From the NCBI RefSeq assembly GCF_009914755.1, contig NC_060939.1: a stretch of 64,000 nucleotides of DNA; one strand, written 5' to 3'. The translations under genes were made by a program, and so were the position numbers. Every line of letters starts with the position of its first letter. The stretch's first letter is position 1. This document shows positions 40,564 through 59,769 of the stretch, in pieces. The notes under the pieces are model-generated. The model did not search any database and was not told the DNA's origin. It worked only from the letters and a program-made list of their open reading frames with translations. The stretch comes from the human T2T-CHM13v2.0 reference genome, Homo sapiens.

Positions 40564-43500
40564 ACACATCTCTGAACTGATCAACAAAGTGAGGTAACTC
40601 TTGTCTAGGCTCTGCCTACAGGGGCTTTGTGACATATCTCTGCACTGATCACCCAGGTGATGGGACTTTTGTCTAGGCTCTTCCTATGGGGGCATTGTGA
40701 CATATCTCTACACTGATCACCCAGGTGATGTAACTCTTGTGTTGGATCTGTCTACGGGGTCATTGTGACATATTTCTGCAATGATCACCCAGGTGATGGG
40801 ACTCTTGTCTAGGCTCTGTGTATGGGGGCTTTGTGACATATCTCTGCCCTGATCACCCAGGTGATGAAACGCTTGATTAGGCTCTGCCTATGGGGCATAG
40901 TGACATATCACTGAATTGATAACCGAGGTGATGTAACTCTTGTCCAGGCTCTGCCTATAGGGGGTCTTGTGACATATCTCTGCACTGATCACGTAGGTGA
41001 TGTAACTCTTGCTTACGCTCTCCCTGCAGGGGCATTGTGAAATATCTCTGCACTGATCACCTAGGTGATGGGACTCTTCTCTAGGCTCTGCCTACTGGGG
41101 GAATTGTCACATATGTCTGCACTGATAACCCAGGTGACGGACTCCTGTCTTTGAATTGCCTATGGGGGCATTGTGACATATCTCTGCACTGATCACCCAG
41201 GTGATGTAACTCTGGTCTAAGCTCTGCCTAAAGGAGCATTGTGACAGATCTCTGCACTGATCTCTCAGGTGATGTCACTATTGTCTAGGCTCTGCTTAAA
41301 AGGGCCTTGTCACATATCTCTGCACAGATCATCCAGGTGATGTAACTCTTGTCTAGGCTCTGCTTACAGGGGGTATAGTGACAAATCTCTGCACTGATCA
41401 CCTAAGTGATATAACACTTGTGTAGGCTCTGCCAACAGGGGGATTTTGACATATCTCTGCACTGTTAACCGAGGTGACGTAACTCTTGTCTAGGCTGTGC
41501 CCACAGGGGGATTGAGACATATCTCTGCACTGATGCCGGGGTGTTCTAACTCTTGCCTGGTCTCTGCCTACTGAGGTTACTGTGACATATCTCTGCACCA
41601 ATCTCCCGGGTGCTGTAACTTTAATCTAGGCTCTGGTTACACGGAATTGTGACATATCACTGCACCCAAGTGATATAACTTGTCTAGGCTCTGCCTACAG
41701 GGTTCTCGTGACATATCTCTGCACTGATCACCCAGGTGACATAACTCTTCTCTAGGATCTGCATACAGGGTTCTATGTGACATATCCCTGCAATGATCAC
41801 CCAGGTGATATACCACTTGTCAAGGCTCTGCCAACAGGGGCATTGCGACACATCTCTGCACTGATCACCCAGGTAGTGTAACTGTTGTATAAGCTCTGCC
41901 TACAGCGGAATTGTGAGAGATCTCGCCACTGATCACCCAAGTGATGTAACCATTGTCTAGGCTTTGCCTATAGTGGGCTTTGTGACATACATTTGCACTG
42001 ATCACCCAGGTGATGTAACTCATCTAAGTTCTGCCTACAGGAGCTTTGTGACATATCTCTGCACTGATCACTTAGGGTATGTAACACTTTTATAAGCACT
42101 GCCTACAGGGAAATTGGACAAATCTCTGCACTGATCACCTAGGTGATGTAACTCTTGTCTACCCTCTGCCCAAAGGGGGCATTGTGAAATATCTCTGCAA
42201 TGATCACCCAGGTGATTCTACTCTTGTCTAGGATCTGCCCACAGGGGGTATTGTGAAATATATCTGCACTGATCAACTAGGTGATATAACTCCTGTCTAG
42301 GCTCTGCCTACAGGGGCGTTTTCACATATCCCTGAACTGATGACACAGGTGATGTAACTCTGGCCTAGGCTTTGCCTACAGGGGACATTGTGACATATCC
42401 CTGCACTGATCACCCAGGTGATGCAACGCTTCTCTATGCTCTGCCTACAGCGGACATTGTGACATATCTCTGCACTGATCACCCAGTTGATGCAACTCTT
42501 CTCTATGCTCTGCCTACAGGGGGCATTGTGACATATCTCTGCACTGATCAACGAGGTGATGTAACTCTTTTCTAGTCTCTGCCGACAGAGGGCGTTGTGA
42601 CATCACTCTGCACGGATCACACGGTTTATGTAACTCTTGACTAGGCTCTGCCTACGGGGGCATTTTCACATATCACTGCACTGATCACCGAGATGATGTA
42701 ACTCTTGTATAGGCTTCGCCGACAGGGGGCATTGAGACATATCTCTTCACTGATCACCGAGGTGATGCAACTGTTGTCTGGGATCTGCTTACAGGCGGCA
42801 TTGTGACATATCTCTGCCCTGATCACCCAGGTGATGTAACTCTTGTCTAGGCTCTGCCTACTGGAGACATTGTGACATATCTCCGCACTGATCACCCAGT
42901 TGATGTCACTATTGTCAAGGATATGGCTATAGAGATATTGTGACATGTCACTGCACTGATCACAGAGCTGATATAACTCTTGTCTAGGCTCTGGCAACAG
43001 GGGGCTAGTGACACATCTCTGCACTGATCACACAGGTGATGTAACTCTGTTCTAAGCTCTGCCTAAAGGGGCATTGTGACAGATCTCTGCACTGAGCACT
43101 CAGGTGGTGTAACTATTGTCTAGGCTCTGCTTCAAGGGGCCTTGTCACATATCTCTGCACTGATCACCCAGGTGATGTAACTCTTGTCTCGGCTCTGCTT
43201 ACAGGGGGTATTGTGACATAACCCTGCACTGATCACCTAAGTGACGTAACACTTATGTAGTCTCTGCCTACAGTGGCATTTTGACATATCTCTGCACTGT
43301 TAACCGAGGTGATGAAACTCGTGTCTAGTCTGTGCCCACAGGGGGATTGAGACATATCTCTGCACTGATCCCGAGGTGATCCAACTCTTGCCCGGTCTCT
43401 GCCTACTGGGGACATTGTGACATACCTCTGCTCTGATCACCCAGGTGCTGTAACTTTAGTGTAGGCTCTGGCTACACGGCATTGTGACATATCACTGCAC

Positions 43501-46500
43501 TGATTACCCAGGTGATATAACTCTTGTCTAGGCTCTGCCTACAGGGGGCTTGTGACATATCTCTGCACTGATCACCCAGGTGATATAACTCTTCTCTAGG
43601 ATCTGCCTACAGGGTGTTTTGTGACCTATCCCTGCAATGGTCACCCAGGTGATGTACCACTTGTCAACGCTCTGCCTACAGGGGCATTGCGATATATCTC
43701 TGCACTGATCACCTAGGTCAAGTAACTCTTGTATAAGCTCTGCCTACAGTGGCAATGTGACATATCTCTACACTGGTCACCCAGGTGATGTAACTCTTTT
43801 CTAGGATCTGCCTACAGGGTGCTTTGTGACATATCCCTGCAATGATCACCAAGGTGATGTACCACTTGTCAAGGCTCTGCCTACAGGGACATTGCGATGT
43901 ATCTCTGCACTGATCACCTACGTCATGTAACTCTTGTCTAGGCTCTGCCTAGAATGGCATTGTGACATATCTCTGCACTGATCATCCAAGTGATGTAACC
44001 ATTGTCTAGTATCTGCCTAAAGGGACTTTGTGACATAACTCTGCACTGATCATCCAGGTGATGGGGATTTTGTCTAGGCTCTGCCTAAGGGGGCATTGTG
44101 ACATATTTCTGGACTGATCACCCAGGTGACAGACTCTTGTCTTGGATCTGCCTATGGGGGCATTGCAACGTATCTCTGCACTGATCACCCAGGTGATGTA
44201 ACTGTCGTATAAGCTCTGCCTACAGGGGAATTGTGAGAGATCTCGCCCCTGATCACCCAAGTGATGTAACTATTGTCTAGGCTTTGCCTGCAGGGGGCTT
44301 TGTGACATACCTTTTCACTGATCACCCAGGAGTTGTAACTCATCTAAGTTCTGCCTACAGGAGCTTTGTGACATATCTCGTGCTCTGATCACTTATGTGA
44401 TGTAACACTTTTATAAGCACTGCCTACAGTGGAATTTTGACAAATCTCTGCACTGATCACCTAGGTGATGTAAGCCTGGTGTACCCTCTGCCCAAAGGGG
44501 GCATTGTGAAATATCTCTGCACTGATCACCCAGGTGATGTAACTCTTTTGTACTCTCTGCCTACAGAGGGCGTTGTGACATCACTCTGCACGGAACACCA
44601 GGGTTATGTAACTCGTGTCTAGGCTCTGCCTACGGGGGCATTGTGACTTATCTCCGCACTTATCACCCTGGAGATGTGAGTCTTGTCTAAGCTCTTCCTA
44701 GAGGGACATTGGGACATATCTCTGCACTGATCGCTGAGGTGATGTAAAAATTGTCTAGGCTTTGCCTAAAGTGGGATTTATGACATATCTCTACACTGAT
44801 CACCCTGGGGAGGAAACTCTGGTCTACCCTCTGCCTACAGGAGGCTTTATGACTTATACCTGCACTGATAACGTAGGTGATGTAACACTTGTCTAGGCTC
44901 TGCCTACACGGGAATTCTCACATATCTCTACACTGATCACCCAGGTGATGGAACTCTGGCCTAGGTTCTGCTTACGTGGGGTATTGTGACATATGTCTGC
45001 ACTGATCACCTAAGTGAGGTAACACTTGTGTAGGCTCTGCCTACAGGGGCATTTTGACATATCCCTGCACTGTTTAACTGAGGTGATGTAACTCTTCTCT
45101 AGCCTGTGCCCACAGGGGAATTGAGACATATCTCTGCACTGATCCCGAGGCGATCTTACTCTTGCCTGGTCTCTGCCTACTGGGGACATTGTGACATATA
45201 TCTGCACTGATCTCCGAGGTGCTGTAACTTTAGTCTAGGTTCCGGCTACACGGCATTGTGACATATCTCTGCATTGATCACCCAGGTGATGTAACGCTTC
45301 ACTAGGCTCTGCCTATGGGGCATAGTGACATATCACTGTATTGATCACTGAGGTGATGTAACCCTTGTCCAGGCTCTGCCTATAGGGGGCCTTGCGACAT
45401 ATCTCTGTACTGATCACCTAGGTGATGTAACTCTTGCTTACACTCTGCCTGCAGGGGCATTGTAAAATATCTCTTCACTGATTACCCAGGTGATGGGACT
45501 CTTCTCTAGGCTCTGCCTACTTGGGGCATTGTCACATATTTCTGCCCTGATCACCCAGGAGACGGACTCTTGTCTTGATTTTGCCTATGGGGGCATTGTG
45601 ACATATCTCTGCACTGATCACCCAGGTGAAGTAACCCTGGTCTAAGCTCTGCCTAAAGGGGCATTGTGACATATCTCTGCACTGATCACTCAGGTGATGT
45701 AACTATTGTCTAGGCTCTGCTTAAAGGAGCCTTGTCACATATCTCTGCACTGATCACCCAGGTGATGTCACTCTTGCCTAGTCTCTGCTAACGGGGTATT
45801 GTGACATATCTCTGCACTGATCAGGTAAGTGATGTAAGACTTGTGTAGGCTCTGTCTACAGATGCATTTTGACATATCTCTGCAATGTTAACGAGGTGAT
45901 GTAACCCTTGTCTAGGCTGTGCCAACACGGGGATTGAGACATATCTCTGCACTGATCCCGAGGTGATCAAACTCTTGCCTGGTCTCTGCCTACTGGGGAC
46001 ATTGTGACATATCTCTGCACTGATTTCCCAGTTGCTGTAACTTTAGTCTAGGCTCTGACTACACGGCATTGTGACATATCACTGCACTGATCACCGAGGT
46101 GATATTACTCTTGTCTAGGCTCTGCCTACAGGGGGCTTGTGACACATCTCGGCACTGATCACCCAGGTGATATAACTCTTCTCTAGGATCTGCTACAGGG
46201 TGCTTTGTGACATATCCCTGCACTGATCACCCAGGTGATGGGACTCTTGTCTAGGCTCTGCCAACAATGGCATTCTGACATATCTCTGCACTGATCACCC
46301 AGGTGACGTAACTCTTTTCTAGGATCTGCTTACAGGGTGCTTTGTGACATATCCCTGCAATGATCATCCAGGTGATGTACCACTTGTCAAGGCTCTGCCT
46401 ACAGGGACATTGCGTTTTATCTCTGCACTGATCACCTAGGTCATGTAACTCTTTTCTAGGCTCTGCCTACAGTGGCATTGTGACATATCTCTGCCCTGAT

Positions 46501-48445
46501 CATCCAAGTGATGTAACTATTGTCTAGGATCTGCCTAAAGGGACTTTGTGACATAACTCTGCACTGATCATCCAGGTGATGGGGCTTTTGTCTAGCCTCT
46601 CCTAAGGAAGCATTGTGACATATTTCTGCACTGATCACCCAGGTGACGGACTCCTGTCTTGGATCTGCCTATGGGGGCATTGTGACATATCTCTGCACTG
46701 ATCACACAGGTGATGTAACTGTTGTATAAGCTCTGCCTACAGAATTGTGAGAGATCTCCCCACTTATCGCTCAATTGATGTAACTCTTGTCTAGGGTTTG
46801 CCTAAAGGGGGCTTTGTGACATACCTTTTCACTGATCACCCAGGTGATGTAACTCATCTAAGTTCTGCCTACAGAAGCTTTCTGAGATATCGCTGCACTG
46901 ATCACTTAGGTGATGTAACACTTTTATAAGCACTGCCTACAGAGAATTTTGACAAATCTCTGCACTGATAACCTAGGTGATGTAACTCTCTTCTAGGATC
47001 TGCCTACAGGGTGCTTTGTGGCATATCCCTGCAATGATCACCCAGGTGATGTACCACTTCTCAAGGCTCTGCCTACAGGGACATTGCGAAGTATCTCTGC
47101 ACTGATCTCCGAGGTCATGTAACTCTTGTCCACTCTCTGCCTATAGGGGGCATTGTGAAATATCTCTGCACTGATCACCCAGGTGTTGGGACTCTTCTCT
47201 ATACTCTGCCTATAGGGGGATTTGTGACATATCTCTGCACTCATCACCCACGTGATGGAAGACTTGTCTGGTCTCTGTCTATGGTGGCATTGTGTCAAAT
47301 ATCTGCACTGATCACCCAGGTGATGTAACTCTTGTCTAGGCTCTGTCTACTGGGATTTGTGTGACATATCACTGCACTGATCACCTAGATGATGTAAGCC
47401 TTTTTTAGGTTTGCCTACAGAAGGCTTTGTGACATATCTATGCACAGATCTCTGAGGTGATGCTACTCTTGTCTAGGCACTGCCTACAGGGGACATTGGT
47501 ACATATCTCTGCACTGATCACCCAGGTGATGGACACTTGTCTTAGATCTGCCTACATGGACATTGTGACACATCTCTGAACTGATCAACCAAGTGATGAA
47601 ATTCTTGTCTAGGCTCTGCCTACAGAGCCTTTGTGACACATCTCTGCACTGATCACCCTGGGGAGGGAACTCTTGTCTACGCTCTGCCTACAGGAGGCTT
47701 TATGACTTTTACCTGCACTGATAACCCAGGTGATGTATCACTTGTCTAGGCTCTGTCTACACGGGAATTCTCACATATCTCTGCACTGATCACCCGGGTG
47801 ATGTAATTCCTTTCTAGGTTCAGCCTACAGGAGCGTTTTGACATATGTCTGCACTGATCACCCAGATGATGTAACCCTTGTCTAAGCTCTGCCTACAGGG
47901 GCATTGTGACGGATCTCTACACTGCTCACCCAGGTGATGTAACAATTGTCTGGGCTTTGCCTACAGGGGGCTTTGTGATATACATTTCCACTGATCAAAC
48001 AGGTGATGTAACCCTTGTCAGGGTTCTGCTTACAGGGGCTTTGTGACATATCTCTACACTGATCACCCCAGGGAGGAAACACTTGTCTACTCTATGTCTA
48101 CAGGAGACTTTACGACTTATCCCTGCACTGATCACTAGGTGATATAACACTTGTCTAGGATCTGTCTGCACGGGAATTTTCACATATCGCTACGTTGATC
48201 ACCTAAGTGATGTAACCCTTGTCTAGGTTCAGCCTACTGGGGATTTCTGACATACCTATGCACTGATCAACGAGTTGATGTATATCATTTCCAGGCTTTT
48301 TGTACAGGGGACATTGTGATATATCTCTGCACTGATCACCCAAATGATGCAAATCTTCTCTAGGCTCCGCACGGAGGAGGCATTGTGACATATTTCTGTA
48401 CTGATCATCCAGGAGATTTAACTATTCTCCAGGCTTTGACTAAAG
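40564..48445. repeat. Beta-satellite block F (~7.9 kb; several restarts of the monomer series)
   Basis: 68-bp monomers; GTTAACCGAGG-type marker at ~41462, 43277, 45070, 45886. Confidence 0.96.
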
Positions 48446-51215
<2,770 letters not shown>

Positions 51216-54200
51216 AAACATCTCTGAACGGATCAACAAAGTGAAGTAAGTCTTGTCTAGACTCTGCCTACAGGGGCTTTGTGATGTATCTCTGCACTGA
51301 TCACCCAGGTGATGGGACATTTGTCTAGGCTCTGCCTATGACAGCATTGTGACATATCTCTACACTGACCACCAAGGTGATGTGAATCTTTTGTTGGATC
51401 TGCCTCTGGGGGCATTGTGATATATTTCTGCACTGATCATCCAGGTGATGGGACTCTAGTCTAGGCTCTGTGTATGGGGCTTTGTGACATACCTTTGCAC
51501 TGACCACCCAGGTGATGTAACTCATCTAAGTTCTGCCTACAGGAGCTTTGTGACATATCTCTGCACTGATCACTTAGGTGATGTAACACTTTTATAATCA
51601 CTGCCTACAGGGAATTTTGACAAATCTCTGCACTGATCACCTAGGTGATGTAACTCTTGTCTGCCCTCTGCCCAAAGGGGTATTGTGAAATGTCTCTGAA
51701 CTGATCACCCAGGTGATTCAACTCCTGTGTAGGATCTGCCTACAGCGGCGTTTTCACATATCCCTGAAATGATGACAAAGGTGATGTAACTCTTGCCTAG
51801 GCTTTGCCTACAGGGCACATTGTGACATATCTCTGCACTGATCACCCAGGTGATATAACTCTTCTCTAGGATCTGACCACAGGGTGCTTTGTGACATATC
51901 ACTTCACTGATCACCCAGGTGATGCAGCTCTTCTCTATGCTCTGCCTCCAGGGGTCATTGTGATATACCTCTTCACTGATCACCCAGGTGATGTAACTCT
52001 TGTCTAGGTTCTGCTTACAAGGGGTATTGTGACATATCTCTGCACTGATCACCTAAGTGATGTAACACTTGTGTAAGCTATGCCTACAGGAGCATTTAGA
52101 CATATCTCTGCACTGTTAACCGAGGTGATGTAACTCTTGTCTAGGCTGTGCCCACAGGGTGATTAAGAGATATCTCTGCACTGATCCCGAGGTGATTCAA
52201 CTCTTGCTTGGTCTCTGCCTACTGGGGATATTGTGACATATCTCTGCACTGATCTCCCAGGTGCAGTAACTTTATTCTAGGCTCTGGCTACACTACATTG
52301 TGACATATCACTGCACTGATCATCCAAGTGATATAACTCTTGTCTAGTCTCTGCATGCAGGGTTCTTGTGACATATCTCTGCACTGATCACCCAGGTGAT
52401 GTAACTGTTGTATAAGCCCTGCCTACAGGGGAATTGTGAGAGATCTCGCCACTGATCACCGAAGTGATGTAACTATTGTCTACGCTTTGCCTACAGGGGG
52501 CTTTGTGACATACCTTTGCACTGATCACCCAGGTGATGTAACTCATCTAAGTTCTGCCTACAGGAGCTTTCTGACATATCTCTGCACTGATCCCTTAGGT
52601 GATGTAACACTTTTATAAGCACTGCTACAGGGAATTTTGAAAAATCTCTGCACAGAACACCTAGGTGATGTAACTCTTGTCTGCTCTCTGCCCAAAGGGG
52701 GCATTGTGAAATATCTCTGTACTGATCCACTAGGTGATGTAACTAGTGTCTATGCTCTGCCTACAGGGGCGTTTTCACATATCCCTGAACTGATGACAAA
52801 GGTGATGTAACTCTTGCCTAGGCTTTGCCTACAGGGGAAATTGTGACATATCTCTGCACTGATAACCCAGGTGATGCAACTCTTGTCTAGGATCTGCCTA
52901 CAGCAGAATTTTCACATATCCCTGAACTGTTGACAAAGATGATGGAACTCTTGCCTAGGCTTTGCCTACAGGGGAAATTGTGACATATCTCTGCACTGAT
53001 AACCCAGATGATGCTACTCTTCTCTATGCTCTGCCTACAGGGGACATTGTGACATATCTCTGCACTGATAACCCAGGTGATGTAACTCTTGTCTAGGCTC
53101 TGATTACAGGGGGTATTGGGATATATCTCTGCACTGATCACCTAAGTGATGTAACACTTGTGAAGGCTCTCCCTACAGGGGCATTTTGACATATCTCTGC
53201 ACTGTTAACCGAGGTGATGTAACTCTTCTCAAGGCTGTGCCCACAGTGGGATTGAGACATATCTCTGCACTGATCCCGAGGTGATCCAACTCTTGCCTGG
53301 TCTCTGCCTACTGGGGACATTGTGACATATCTCTGCACTGATCTCCCAGGTGCAGTAACTTTAGTCTAGGCACTGGCTACACGGCATTGTGACATATCAC
53401 TGCACTGATCACCCAGGTGATATAACTCTTGTCTAAGCTCTGCCTGCAGGGTTCCTGTGACATATCTCTGCACTGATCATCCAGGTGATATAACTCTTCT
53501 TTAGGATCTGCCTACAGGGTGCTTTATGACATATCCCTGCAATGATCACCCAGGTGATATACCCCTTGTCAAGGCTCTGCCTACAGGGGCATTACGATGT
53601 ATCTCTGCACTGATCACCTAGGTCATGTAACTCTTGTCTAGGCTCTGCCTACAGTGGCATTGTGACATATCTCTGCACTGATCATCCAAGTGATGTAACT
53701 CTTGTCTAGGATCTGCCTAAAGGGACTTTGTGACATAACTCTGCACTGATCATCCAAGTGATGGGGCTTTTGTCTAGGCTCTGCCTAAGGGGGCATTGTG
53801 ACATATTTCTGAACTGATCACCCAGGTGACGGACTCTTGTCTTGGATCTGCCTATGGGGGCATTGTGACATATCTCTGCACTGATCACCCAGGTGATGCA
53901 AGTGTTGTATAAGCTGTGCCTACAGGGAAATTGTGAGAGATCTCTCCACTGATCATCCAAGTGATGTAACTATTGTCTAGGCTTTGCCTACATGGGGATT
54001 TGTGACATACCTTTGCACTGATCACACAGGTGATTCAACTCTTGTCTAGGATCTGCCTACAGGCGACATTGTGACATATCTCTACACTGATCACCGAGGT
54101 GATGCAACTCTTCTCTATGCTCTGCCTACAGGGGGCATTGTGACATATCTCTGCACTTATCACCAAGGTGATGTACCTCTTTTCTAGTCTCTGCCTACAG

Positions 54201-57005
54201 AGGGCCTTGTGACATCACACTGCACGGATCACCCGGGTGATGTAACTCTTGTCTAGGCTCTGCCTATGTGGGCATAGTGACTTACCTCTGCACTGATCAC
54301 CCAGGAGATGTGACTCTAGTCTAAGCTTTGCCTAGAGGCACATTGGGACATATCTCTTCACTGATCGCTGAGGTGATGTAAAACTTGTCTAGGCTTTGCC
54401 TACTGTGGGAATTATGACATATCTCTGCACTGATCACCCAGGGAATGTAACTCTTGTCTAGGCTCTGCTTACACGGGGCATTGTGAGATATCTCTGCACT
54501 GCTCACTCAGGTGATGTAACTCTTGTCTAGGCTCTGCCTACAGTGGCATTTTAACATATCACCGCACTGATCACCGAGATGATGTAACTTTTGTATAGAC
54601 TTCGCCAATAGGGGGCATTGAGATATATCTCTGCACTGATCATCGAGGTGATGCAACTTTTGTCTGGGATCTGCTTACAGGGCGCATTCTGACATTTCTC
54701 TGCCCTGATCACCCAGGTGATGTAATCTTTGTCTAGGCTCTACCTGCTGCAGACATTGTGACATATCTCCGCACTGATCACCCAGGTGATGTCACTTTTC
54801 TCAAGGATATGGCTACACGGACATTGTGACATGTCACTGCACTGATCACACAGCTGATGTAACACTTTTCTAGGCTCTGGCTACAGGGGGTTTGTGACAC
54901 ATCTCTGCACTGATCACCCAGGTGATGTAACCCTTGTCTAGGCTCTGCCAAAAGGGGGCATTGTGACATAACTCTGCACTGATCACCCCGGTGATGGGAC
55001 TCTTGTCTAGGCTCTGCCTACAGGGGCATTGTGACATATCTCTGCAGTGATCGCGCATGTGATGTAACTCTTGTCTATATCTGCCTACTGGTGGCATTGT
55101 GGCATATTTCTGCACTGATCACCCAGGTTATGGACCCTTTTCTTGGATCTGCCTATGGGCCATAGTGACATATCTCTGCACTGATCACTCATGTGATGTA
55201 ACCCTTGTGTAAGCTGTGCCTAAAGGGGAATTGTGACAGATATCTCCAGTGATCACCCAGGTGATGTAACAATATTCTGGGATTTGTCTTCTGGGGGCTT
55301 TGTGACATATCTTTGCACTGATCACCCAGGAGATGAAACTGTTGTCTAGGCTCGGCCTATAGGGGCTTTGTGTCATAAATCTGCACTGATCACCCAGGTG
55401 ATGTAACTCTTATTTAGGCTCTGCCTACAGGGGCTTTGTGATATATCTCTGCACTGATCACCCAGGTGATGTAACTCTTGTCTAGGCTCCACCTACAAGG
55501 AGTATTGTGACGTATCTCTGCACTGATCACTCATGTGATGTAACTTTTGTCTAGGCTCCACCTACAGGGTGTATTGTGGCGTATCTCTGCAGTGATCACG
55601 CTGGTGATGTAACATTTATCCAGGCGCTGCCTACTGGGGCGCTTTGACATAGCTCTGCACAGATCACCTAGGTTATGTAACTCTTGTCGACTCTCTGCCT
55701 ACAGGGGGCATTGTGAAATATCTCTGCACTGATCACCCATGTGATGGGACTCTTCTCTATACTCTGCCTATAGGGGGATTTGTGACATATCTGTGCACTG
55801 ATCACCCAGGTGATGGAAGTCTTGTCTAGGCTCTGTCTATGGGACCATTATGTCAAATATCTGCACTGATCACCCAGGTGATGTAACTCTTGTCTAGGCT
55901 CTGTCTACAGGGATTTTTGTGACATATCACTGCACTGATCACCTAGGTGGTGTAAGCTTTGTATGGGCGTTGCCTACAGAAGGCTTTGTGGCATATCTAT
56001 GCTCTGATCTGTGAGGGGATGCATCTCATGCCTAGGCACTGCCTACAGGGGACATTGGTACATATCTCTGCACTGATCACCCAGGTGATGGACCCTTGAC
56101 TTAGATCTGCCTACATGGACATTGTGACACATCTCTGAACTGATCAACCATGTGATGAAACTCTTGTCTAGGATCTGACTACAGGGACTTTGTGACACAT
56201 CTCTGCACTGATCACTCTGGGGAGGGAACTCTTTTCTATGCTCTGCCTTCAGGAGGCTTTACGACTTATACCTGCACTGATAACCTAGGTGATGTAATAC
56301 TTGTCTAGACTCTGCCTACACTGGAATTTTCACATATCTCTGCAATGATCACCCAGTTGATGTAACTCCTGTCTAGGTTCAGCCTACAGGAGCGTTTTGA
56401 CATATCTCTGCACTGATCACCCAGGTGATGTAACCCTTGTCTAAGCTGTGCCTACAGGGGCATTGTGACAGATCTCTCCACTGCTCACCCAGGTGATGTA
56501 ACAATTATCTTGGCTTTGCCTACAGGGGGCTTTCTGATATACATTTCCACTGATGAAACAGGTGATGTAACCTTTGTCAAGGTTCTGCTTACAGGGGCTT
56601 TGTGACATATCTCTGTACTGATCACCCCAGGGTGGAACCACTTTTCTGCACTCTGCCTACAGGAGGCTTTACGACTTATCCCTGCACTGATCACTAGGTG
56701 ATGTAATACTTGTCTAAGCTCTGTCTACACGGGAATTTTCACATATCTCTATACTGATCACCTAAGTGATGTGACCCTTGTCTAGGTTCAGCCTACTGGG
56801 GATTTCTGACATACCTATGCACTGATCACTGAGGTGATGTAAATCATTTCCAGGCTTTCTGTACAGGGGACATTGTGATATATCTCTGCACTTATCACCC
56901 AAATGATGCAAATGTTTTCTAGACTCCGCAGGGAGGGGGCATTGTGACATATTTCTTAAAGGATCATCTAGGAAGATGTAACTATTCTCCAGGCTTTGAC
57001 TAAAG
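51216..57005. repeat. Beta-satellite block G (~5.8 kb)
   Basis: 68-bp tandem monomers. Confidence 0.96.
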
Positions 57006-59769
<2,764 letters not shown>

